In this document: positions 57,330-64,000 of the stretch, piece by piece | Numbering within the stretch: position 1 is the first letter of the stretch | How the letters are laid out: each line of letters begins with the position of its first letter | Virus record (IMG/VR): IMGVR_UViG_3300050821_005171 | Location: 1 to 64,000 of that record | Direction: 5' to 3' (one strand) | DNA length: 64,000 bases | DNA from: a virus | The notes under the pieces: model-generated | The model's input: the letters and a program-made list of their open reading frames with translations, nothing else | Told to the model about the DNA's origin: nothing | The model's database searches: none | Made by a program: the position numbers and the translations under genes

Positions 57330-57541
57330 AGCTCTTTCTCCCGACGTTTATCGGCAAGCAGCATCTCGATCCTGCGCCTGCGGCCGATGATGAGCCCCAG
57401 GGCCAGCAGTCCGTATTCCTTGTCGGTGGCCCCGTCTGGGGTCCAGCCTTCCGTGTTGAAAATCTCTGTGTCACGCACGAAATCCTCAAGCTCTGCCCTG
57501 AGCCGCGCGTTCTCGGTGGCGAGTTCATGTTCAATGGTCAT
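57326..57541 (-). CDS. Hypothetical protein
   Basis: ATGA coupling. Confidence 0.55.
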   Translation of the reverse strand: MTIEHELATENARLRAELEDFVRDTEIFNTEGWTPDGATDKEYGLLALGLIIGRRRRIEMLLADKRREKEL

Positions 57542-57864
57542 GGCTGAACCGCCTTCGGCAGTTGATGATCTGCGAGAATTTTTCCGTGGCTGATGATGCG
57601 GTCGATCATCCAGTCGTAGCCGTGGAAGCCCTCTGACTTTTCCATGAGCGCTCGCGCCTCATCGGCATCAACAGATTTAACGCTGACGCGTGCGTACCAA
57701 CCGTCACCGAAGTCGTAGTCATAGCTCGGTTTCTCCAGGATGCGGTCAGCGTCTCCCGGGGCCAAGGTTCGCACTTCCGCCCACAAGCGACCACCTCCGG
57801 ACCACTTGCCGTCCCAGGCGTTATTTCCAGGCATCGTCAGGATGAATGCGATTTTCGTGCTCAT
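57538..57864 (-). CDS. Conserved phage protein
   Basis: MPGNNAWDGKWSG...YDFGDGW...FHGYDWMIDRI. Confidence 0.65.
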   Translation of the reverse strand: MSTKIAFILTMPGNNAWDGKWSGGGRLWAEVRTLAPGDADRILEKPSYDYDFGDGWYARVSVKSVDADEARALMEKSEGFHGYDWMIDRIISHGKILADHQLPKAVQP

Positions 57865-57867
57865 TTG

Positions 57868-58239
57868 CTATTCCAGCTCCCTCAGCGCAAAGGCCCGTGG
57901 CGGCTTGGCCAGGGCCAGCTTCTCAACACTCTTGTCGGTCAAATGGTACTTATTTTTGTTTCGCTCTTTGCCCTTGATCGACATCCGTTTCAGGCCCCCA
58001 TCCCGCACCAAGTTCTGAAGCCGACAGTACCAGTGGGAGCAGTTTTCGTTGCCCCGCGTGGTCGGCTCCATGCTCGGGGCGATCTTCAGGATGGTGTCCC
58101 TGATCTTGTGCCACGTCATCCACTTGTCGGAGTTTTCGGGCTGCATCATGGCTGTTAGGATCAGCCAGCGCATTGAGCCCCCTAACTTCTCTGGCCAGTT
58201 GGTTGAGTGGCGGATTCGTTTTGAGCGGGACACTTCCAT
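57868..58239 (-). CDS. Basic, possibly winged-helix DNA-binding protein
   Basis: LQNLVRDGGL...KYHLTDK pattern; follows a motif A promoter. Confidence 0.5.
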   Translation of the reverse strand: MEVSRSKRIRHSTNWPEKLGGSMRWLILTAMMQPENSDKWMTWHKIRDTILKIAPSMEPTTRGNENCSHWYCRLQNLVRDGGLKRMSIKGKERNKNKYHLTDKSVEKLALAKPPRAFALRELE

Positions 58240-58262
58240 TGCGTTTCTCCCTGACGTGACGT

Positions 58263-58291
58263 AAAGTAGCACATTGTAAGCACGCTGGCAA
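58263..58291 (-). promoter_or_regulatory. Promoter TTGCCA-N17-TACTTT with motif A
   Basis: GTGCTTACAATGTGC at 58269-58283. Confidence 0.75.
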
Positions 58292-58304
58292 GTGACGTGG
58301 AGCA

Positions 58305-58604
58305 GTGATGCGACAGCCGATGCTTCCATTCGCGGAGATTAAACGTGACGCCGAGATCGAGGCTCAGCAGTCTAGGCGACATACCATCCACGCCCTGCTA
58401 TTGGTTTGCTCGTTCGTTGCGTTTTTGTTCGTGATGTTTCATGTCGAAGTTCCGATTTATTGCAACTATTGCCATCAGAAAGTGGGTGGCCGTTGCGTAG
58501 CCGCGTGGCTGGTTACTCGGGCTGAATGCCGCTCCGACAACACCTGCCACTGGAAATGCTTCTGGGACCGAAACCCGCCCCCACCCGATCCGAGACCACA
58601 TTGA
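58305..58604 (+). CDS. Membrane-anchored Zn-finger protein
   Basis: TM then CNYC...HWKC. Confidence 0.5.
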   Translation: MMRQPMLPFAEIKRDAEIEAQQSRRHTIHALLLVCSFVAFLFVMFHVEVPIYCNYCHQKVGGRCVAAWLVTRAECRSDNTCHWKCFWDRNPPPPDPRPH

Positions 58605-59281
58605 CAGCACTTCCGTCACCACCGATCACGATCAAGCGCCGCATCAACCGGCACCGGCTGAGCACGTCGCCCTACCTCGCATCCACTCTGGCCAATACCC
58701 CAGAGCACGCCTTCCTGCTCCCAAAGGTGGCCCTCAAGAACAAGGTGATGGCCGGTGACTCGATCTGGGTCGCCGAAGACTGCTGCGTGAAAACCACCCC
58801 AGCCGGCATCCCTGGCACTTTCGATGCAGCCTTAACGTACCTGGATTGCCAGCAGCAAATGGTCCGTGGCGTCTCACAGAGCGACGTGCGGGGCTTCCCT
58901 TTGGGTTACGAGTTCGCTATCCCATCCCACAGGATGCGCGAGTGGATGCACCGCACCGAGTTGCTCGTGATGAAGTTCCAGGTTTACAGGATACAGCAAA
59001 TCCCCGATGAGCACCCAGCCGTGATGGGGGCGATTCCGTACATCAAGGACGAGCTAAACATCACGGCGATCGACGGCCACGACAGGCGCAAACACAACAT
59101 CAAAGACTGTGGCAAGATCACGATGCGGCAATGGATGCTCAGGGCGTTTTGGGACTCCGAGTATCCGCAACTTGAGTTGAAGTGGGGCAAGAATCCTTTG
59201 GTGGTGGCACTGCTCGTGAGCACGACGCTTAACAAGTGCCAACAACAGCAACGCAGGCTTAGATCGGCGATAGTTGGATGA
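58601..59281 (+). CDS. Conserved phage protein
   Basis: GDSIWVAED...IPSHRMREWMHR..L...W..NPLV. Confidence 0.6.
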   Translation: MTALPSPPITIKRRINRHRLSTSPYLASTLANTPEHAFLLPKVALKNKVMAGDSIWVAEDCCVKTTPAGIPGTFDAALTYLDCQQQMVRGVSQSDVRGFPLGYEFAIPSHRMREWMHRTELLVMKFQVYRIQQIPDEHPAVMGAIPYIKDELNITAIDGHDRRKHNIKDCGKITMRQWMLRAFWDSEYPQLELKWGKNPLVVALLVSTTLNKCQQQQRRLRSAIVG

Positions 59282-59484
59282 GTATCGAGAATAAGATCGA
59301 CGACTTGAATTACGAACGGTCGTGCGAAGAGGCTTACGAGAAGCTGGAATCCATCGCGCGCCGCGCAGTGAAGTTGTTGCGTGACTTCGGCGACGGTGAC
59401 GCCGACAACCTTGGAGAAAATCTTCACAACATGAAATCCTGGGCCAGAGAGGTAGACCGCTTCTTGGAAGGTGATGATATTTAA
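59278..59484 (+). CDS. Hypothetical protein
   Basis: ATGA coupling. Confidence 0.55.
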   Translation: MSIENKIDDLNYERSCEEAYEKLESIARRAVKLLRDFGDGDADNLGENLHNMKSWAREVDRFLEGDDI

Positions 59485-59675
59485 TGAGCGACCCACAAAA
59501 GCAGATTGAGTTTGAAATCCCTCCACCGGGCTCGATCAGCAGCGCCGATCTGCACAGCCTGATCGAACAGAAGCTGGAGAGCACGGCTCCGGCAGGCAAG
59601 AAGGACCTAGTGTCGATGCACATCGAAACCCAAGCCAAGTTCGTTTGCAAGGTGATCTATGCCGAACGAAAATGA
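59484..59675 (+). CDS. Hypothetical protein
   Basis: TAATG coupling. Confidence 0.55.
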   Translation: MSDPQKQIEFEIPPPGSISSADLHSLIEQKLESTAPAGKKDLVSMHIETQAKFVCKVIYAERK

Positions 59676-59925
59676 CGACGATCCTCGCTGGGAAGAGTCC
59701 GATTTAGACCTCAGCAGCTTGACCGAACAGCAACCGATCACGCTGAGCGACGAGCCGATCGGCGACGCTCACTGTCCGCACTGCTTGTCACGACAGGAGA
59801 AACTGCCGGGGCTGTGGCTCGAAGATCAGTCGACGGCGTTCGGGTACGTGTGCGAGAATTGTGGGAAGATCATGCGCGTCGAAGTTTTTTTCACGCCTAC
59901 ATTTCGCATATCAAAGAACGAGTAA
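59659..59925 (+). CDS. Zn-ribbon protein
   Basis: CPHC...CENCGK. Confidence 0.55.
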   Translation: MPNENDDDPRWEESDLDLSSLTEQQPITLSDEPIGDAHCPHCLSRQEKLPGLWLEDQSTAFGYVCENCGKIMRVEVFFTPTFRISKNE

Positions 59926-60465
59926 ATGGGCCGCCGCCCAGTTGACACAGAATCGCATCGCAAGATCACATGCCCAAGCTGCTGCCGAGAGCATTGGGTC
60001 GTAAAAGACATCAAGCAAACTCGCGCGAACATGCTCTGCGAGCGATGCTCTCCGCCCAAGTGCTGCCCCAAGTGCGGCCAACGCTTCAAGAAGGCCCATC
60101 AATGCAAACGGGCCGATCGCGATGTGCTCTATGCCGAGACGCACCTCCGGCCACTTAGCCCGCTCAAAAGCATCGGGCCAAAGGACGTTCACCGATTCTG
60201 CTCGATCGAATGCAATTTCGACTCGAATCACCTGCACGTGGGCGACATCACGAACAAAAGGGCTATAGTCGCACACTGCAATAGACGGATGATGGCAACC
60301 AGAGTCGTGAAGTATGTCCCGCTGTCAGTCTGGGGTGTCCTGGAAGCTGGCGACAAGCTGGGGCGAACCTACCACGGACGTTGGTGTCGAAGGTGCTATG
60401 CACTCGTGCTGAGACTGCTTGGCGACCAGACTGATTTCCGGGTTTCGATCCACGAAAAGCCTTGA
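59926..60465 (+). CDS. Cys-rich hypothetical protein
   Basis: Multiple CxxC. Confidence 0.5.
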   Translation: MGRRPVDTESHRKITCPSCCREHWVVKDIKQTRANMLCERCSPPKCCPKCGQRFKKAHQCKRADRDVLYAETHLRPLSPLKSIGPKDVHRFCSIECNFDSNHLHVGDITNKRAIVAHCNRRMMATRVVKYVPLSVWGVLEAGDKLGRTYHGRWCRRCYALVLRLLGDQTDFRVSIHEKP

Positions 60466-60538
60466 CGGGTTGAGTGGCACAACATACATATCGGCCACGG
60501 GACGTTTAATTCTCACGAACGAATCACGGAGGTGTCAA

Positions 60539-60784
60539 TTGTTGGTTTTATCGCGCAAAAAGGACGAAAAAATCATCATCGGTGACAACATCACTGTGAT
60601 GGTGGTCGCGATTGTCGGTGAAAAAGTGAGGCTCGGGGTCCAAGCCCCCAAGGAAATTACGGTTCACAGGCAAGAGGTCTACGACGCCATCAAGCGGGAA
60701 CAGTCAGGATTGTGCCTGCCAGAGATCAAGCCTTGGCGCGCAACCGACGCTTTGCCTGAATCGCAGCAATCTGCTGCTCCCTGA
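60539..60784 (+). CDS. csrA: Carbon storage regulator CsrA
   Basis: LVLSRKKDEKIIIGDNITVMV...VRLGVQAPKEITVHRQEVY; GGAGGT RBS, TTG start. Confidence 0.95.
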   Translation: MLVLSRKKDEKIIIGDNITVMVVAIVGEKVRLGVQAPKEITVHRQEVYDAIKREQSGLCLPEIKPWRATDALPESQQSAAP

Positions 60785-61178
60785 TCTCTCTGGGCTCCGA
60801 AAACGTCAAGCAGTGGGCCGTGAGTAGCTCGTTTATGGGCGGCTCGCGGCCCACGTCGAATACCAGCCCGGCGATCTCGGCAGCTTGGTCAAGAGCGACT
60901 TCCGGTGCCCCGATCCAGATGTTGGCCAGAGGAAACTGCATCTCCTCGGACCCCAGGGAGGCCCAGTAGGCCCCGTCGTGCTCCAGGACGTTAATGCAGT
61001 ACCAGAGCAGCCCCTGGGCGTCACCTGTGGCCAGCAGGAGCGTCAGGCGGCCATTCTTGGAGGCTTGGGCCAGGATCGCGTCGATCTCTGGAAAGCTGGC
61101 CTGCCGGACCAGCTCATCGAACTCTGTGACGCGCTTCAGGCCGATCTGGAGGTATCTCCAGGGCTTACCGCTGCGCAT
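60726..61178 (-). CDS. Hypothetical protein
   Basis: Downstream of rusA. Confidence 0.55.
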   Translation of the reverse strand: MRSGKPWRYLQIGLKRVTEFDELVRQASFPEIDAILAQASKNGRLTLLLATGDAQGLLWYCINVLEHDGAYWASLGSEEMQFPLANIWIGAPEVALDQAAEIAGLVFDVGREPPINELLTAHCLTFSEPREIREQQIAAIQAKRRLRAKA

Positions 61179-61638
61179 TAGCAGTGAGTTCCGTCTGTGT
61201 CGTGTACGGAATCGCCTCAATCCTAACTTCGACTCTGGCCGGCTCTCCCCACGATTTTCCTAGGGTCTCAGCAAAGATTTGGGAATCGTCTCGCCAGATA
61301 ACCCCAGTCAATGCGTCTTCAACCCCCCGCGCCAATTTGAGAACATCGGGACGTTGAACATGGAAAAGAGGAGCCGATCCGCGATAGTCGCCATTGCTCT
61401 TTAGGTGCGATTTTGGACGCGGTAAGTAGAATTCCAGATACAGTCGTACTGGCCCATCAATCAGACTCTCACACGTAAACGCCTCACGCGCAGCCGACGC
61501 GACAGCATTCTTCCAGTCCCGTGAGTTGGGATTCGCATCCGACACGGCGACGCCGATCTTCCCATCACGTTTCTTGAATGGGAACGCTCGCTTGCTACCT
61601 GCTGGCTGCGGCTTGCCATACACGACGAATTGGATCAC
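61165..61638 (-). CDS. rusA: RusA Holliday junction resolvase
   Basis: GKPQPAGSK...RPDVLKLARGVEDALTGVIWRDDSQI. Confidence 0.9.
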   Translation of the reverse strand: MIQFVVYGKPQPAGSKRAFPFKKRDGKIGVAVSDANPNSRDWKNAVASAAREAFTCESLIDGPVRLYLEFYLPRPKSHLKSNGDYRGSAPLFHVQRPDVLKLARGVEDALTGVIWRDDSQIFAETLGKSWGEPARVEVRIEAIPYTTQTELTANAQR

Positions 61639-61652
61639 GTTTCAGGTGCTCC

Positions 61653-61693
61653 AAAAGAAAAGGGGCCGGTGCCAACCACGCAGCACCGGCCCC
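61653..61693 (-). terminator. Intrinsic terminator
   Basis: GGGGCCGGTGC...GCACCGGCCCC then TTTTCTTTT. Confidence 0.75.
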
Positions 61694-61696
61694 GAA

Positions 61697-61764
61697 TCCC
61701 AAAACCACTTGCATCAAGGCCCTAGTCTACTCCCAAAACCACTTGCATCAAGGCCCTAGTCTAC
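61697..61764. repeat. Perfect 34-bp tandem duplication
   Basis: TCCCAAAACCACTTGCATCAAGGCCCTAGTCTAC twice. Confidence 0.95.
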
Positions 61765-62280
61765 CTGGGCATACAATTCGCAATCAAGCTCGATCCCCTC
61801 GAATGCGCGTCGCACGGTCTGTTGCGTGCCGGGCGGCAAGATTGGCAGGAGCCGTCTGAGACAGTCTGCCAGCACGATCGCCATTCCGGCCGCAATCTTG
61901 ACCGGATCGTTGTTCTCATTGTGCATCGACGCGATGCCGCCCCGCTCAAACAGCATCGAGGACCGCAGCATCTGATGCTGAATCTCTTCGTTGATCGAGC
62001 AGCCTTCGGGGTGGCCCTCGACATCGTACAGCAGCAGTGCCGTGGCGGCTGTGGATTCACGGGTCGCTTCGATCACGGCCCGACTGATTCTGTTGAATTC
62101 AACCGGCTTATCTTTTGGTCCTGGAAGCATGGTGGCGTCAGCTCCACTTTGGTTGCAATGTGGGCACTGCCAATAGGTGCTGACATGAACACGACCATCC
62201 GGCATCTCTTGCCGCGAAGCGCGCACTGCGATCAGGCAGCCGCAGCCTTCGCACAGCTTTGTTCGCTCCGGATGGTCCAT
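61756..62280 (-). CDS. Zn-ribbon hypothetical protein (probably leaderless)
   Basis: CEGC...CPHC; ATG 6 nt after the -10. Confidence 0.6.
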   Translation of the reverse strand: MDHPERTKLCEGCGCLIAVRASRQEMPDGRVHVSTYWQCPHCNQSGADATMLPGPKDKPVEFNRISRAVIEATRESTAATALLLYDVEGHPEGCSINEEIQHQMLRSSMLFERGGIASMHNENNDPVKIAAGMAIVLADCLRRLLPILPPGTQQTVRRAFEGIELDCELYAQVD

Positions 62281-62286
62281 GCTTCA

Positions 62287-62314
62287 ATGGTAGCACGTTG
62301 TCAGCACTGGTCAA
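62287..62314 (-). promoter_or_regulatory. Promoter TTGACC-N16-TACCAT with motif A
   Basis: GTGCTGACAACGTGC at 62293-62307, identical to the 36731 copy. Confidence 0.8.
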
Positions 62315-62973
62315 GAGTTTGGCAGGGTATGGTAACCGGACTGCTCAGCAAGTTCGCCTTGGCTCATAGCCGGCATTCCAACGAATAGCTCGCGAATCTT
62401 GTATGCTTCGGAGTCGGGCACTGGAGTCAACTCGAACCTCCGAACGATCGTGTTTCCTTCTCGCCTGTCCGGTGCCTGACAAGTGGCCCTGAGCGAAATT
62501 CTGACTGGCCGACGCTCTGCTATGTCGAGCGGGTCGATCACATCCTGGATGCCGTGGTCAATCTGCGGCACAGAGAGTCCGGTTAGCTCGCGGTGTTCTT
62601 TGTTGTGCGAGATCGCCAGAACTCCGGCCGTGGCCCAAGAGCCCTTGTGGGCCAGCAGTGGGCGACACATCGGGCCAACGTCTCGCCAGTGGGCCTCCAT
62701 CGATCGCCGAAAACCGGGCAGCGTGCGATCGAGCGTGTCGGTCATGTCCGTAACGAAAACCATCGGGACCGCTTCGGATTTTCCGATGTTGTCGATTCTG
62801 ACGTAACAAATCTCGAACTGGTCGTCGTACAGCAGCGGACTTAGCGCGATCGCTGGGCTCGGACTACGAGTCAGCAACAGGCGCAACCCTCGCGTCATGG
62901 CGATCAGGATGGCGAAGAATGCCAAGAGGATCACGAGCATGCCAGAGAAGTGAATCAGGTCCATAAAGCACAT
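62311..62973 (-). CDS. Membrane-anchored hypothetical protein
   Basis: N-terminal TM then beta-rich domain. Confidence 0.55.
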   Translation of the reverse strand: MCFMDLIHFSGMLVILLAFFAILIAMTRGLRLLLTRSPSPAIALSPLLYDDQFEICYVRIDNIGKSEAVPMVFVTDMTDTLDRTLPGFRRSMEAHWRDVGPMCRPLLAHKGSWATAGVLAISHNKEHRELTGLSVPQIDHGIQDVIDPLDIAERRPVRISLRATCQAPDRREGNTIVRRFELTPVPDSEAYKIRELFVGMPAMSQGELAEQSGYHTLPNS

Positions 62974-63017
62974 TTCCTTTGTGCTGACATCGTAACCACG
63001 CCATCAGCCGGCGTCAA

Positions 63018-63299
63018 CTACGGAGTATCGAAAAACGCACGCTTCACTGGACGCTGGGCCTTGGCCTTCTTGGCTTTCTTCTTCTTCGGTTTAGACGCCT
63101 TGGGTTGACCTGGAAAACCGACCAGTGGGCCTGTACTTGAAAGCATTTCTGGGACTCCGTTTGGATATTGTGGCTGGCCAAAATCTGAAGCTGTTCCGAA
63201 TAGCTGGCTGTAGGTCACTCGCGCGCCCAAGCTCGTGACCGCAAGTGCGTATCCAGGCAGTAACGGATTGCTCACGTAGCGTGGCTTACGGCTCATCAA
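63018..63299 (-). CDS. Hypothetical protein ending KRAFFDTP
   Basis: Lys-rich C-terminus. Confidence 0.55.
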   Translation of the reverse strand: MMSRKPRYVSNPLLPGYALAVTSLGARVTYSQLFGTASDFGQPQYPNGVPEMLSSTGPLVGFPGQPKASKPKKKKAKKAKAQRPVKRAFFDTP

Positions 63300-63681
63300 A
63301 GAATGCCCTGTGTTTCTTGGGCTTGGGCTTCTTGTCGGCCAGTTCTCTCGGCATGGACGACACGGTTGAGGCTGGCTTCCAATTCGATCCTGGGCTAGTG
63401 CGCTGCACGGTCAGGTAGACGCTAAGAAGATCGCCTGATCGAATCGACATTTCGACGTTCATTCGAGACAGCATGAAGTCGCCGACCTTGTCGCCTCCCT
63501 GCTGGATGCTAACCGTGCGTCCAAACGCAGAATTAAGTTCGTGGGCACCGGCGGCCGTGCATTTTCCTTCAAGATCAATGGTTTGATCTGGATTCGTCGC
63601 TCCGCCCCTAAAAGTGACGCTGTCAATCTCCACCCAGATGCCGTCGATCGTTATCAATTGGCTCGGATGCGGCTGGCTCAC
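63286..63681 (-). CDS. Hypothetical protein ending HRAFFDEP
   Basis: Lys-rich C-terminus. Confidence 0.55.
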   Translation of the reverse strand: MSQPHPSQLITIDGIWVEIDSVTFRGGATNPDQTIDLEGKCTAAGAHELNSAFGRTVSIQQGGDKVGDFMLSRMNVEMSIRSGDLLSVYLTVQRTSPGSNWKPASTVSSMPRELADKKPKPKKHRAFFDEP

Positions 63682-63989
63682 GACTCAACTCTCAGCGTCA
63701 GGTCAGGGAAGCCCTGGATGCTCAGGGTGACCATGTCGGCGGTCACAGACACCTTCTCCACTTCGCGCGTGATTAAATGCAAGATCGTGAGCATGGGGCG
63801 GCTGCCGTTGAATGCCAGCACGATCTGATCTCCGTTCATCTGAACGCTCATATCGAGCTGGCCCTGGCACTGGAGCGAGGCATACTTCATGTCCACGCCA
63901 CCCGGACTGAACAGGGCCTCCAGGAACTTGGTGGCCTTCCGGATCGTGTCCTGTATCTGGCTAAGCGGCGGGAGCCCCGGCAGTTGCAT
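63678..63989 (-). CDS. Hypothetical protein
   Basis: GTGA coupling to the next gene. Confidence 0.5.
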   Translation of the reverse strand: MQLPGLPPLSQIQDTIRKATKFLEALFSPGGVDMKYASLQCQGQLDMSVQMNGDQIVLAFNGSRPMLTILHLITREVEKVSVTADMVTLSIQGFPDLTLRVES

Positions 63990-64000
63990 ATTTTGGCTTG

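Noticed and set aside
61697-61764. Possible mini-CRISPR array
   Set aside because: Only two units, directly adjacent with no spacer; no cas genes seen
1-64000. Alternative genetic code or stop-codon reassignment
   Set aside because: Core genes are full length and tightly coupled under the standard code

Overview
The window is a 64-kb slice of a large tailed dsDNA phage or prophage with an HK97-fold capsid and a siphovirus-like tail. The host is probably Planctomycetota; this is inferred from CsrA, Tyr/Pro- and Cys-rich secreted proteins and a papain/lipase/thioredoxin cassette. Minus strand, left to right: SF2 helicase (partial), HNH, ERF recombinase, five glycosyltransferases plus a methyltransferase, a 1884-aa repeat tail protein, tail-tip, tape-measure, chaperone and tube genes, then neck genes. 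A ~18-kb plus-strand block (holin-like and membrane genes, PAS protein, papain-like protease, HNH, lipase, thioredoxin, many small genes, class II amidotransferase) splits the head-closure gene from the head-tail adaptor. The minus-strand head module follows (decoration, capsid, scaffold, XkdF-like protease, portal-MuF fusion), then a DNA methyltransferase and an RHH regulator. A divergent terminase, HNH, csrA and rusA lie to the right. The most novel signals are regulatory. (i) A small DUF2292-like ORF plus a conserved-loop terminator hairpin occurs twice, guarding the capsid and tail genes. (ii) A 15-bp GTGCTNACAAYGTGC element fills the spacer of sigma70-like promoters. (iii) An oriented GAAATSRTTTCGYAAYAG element lies 40-65 bp upstream of genes. 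(iv) A structured leader RNA lies opposite the terminase start. Other candidates are virion glycosylation, a possibly non-muralytic lysis cassette, a split prohead protease and duplicated tail chaperones. No integrase, tRNA, CRISPR array or reverse transcriptase was seen. All family calls are by-eye motif recognition, not database hits.
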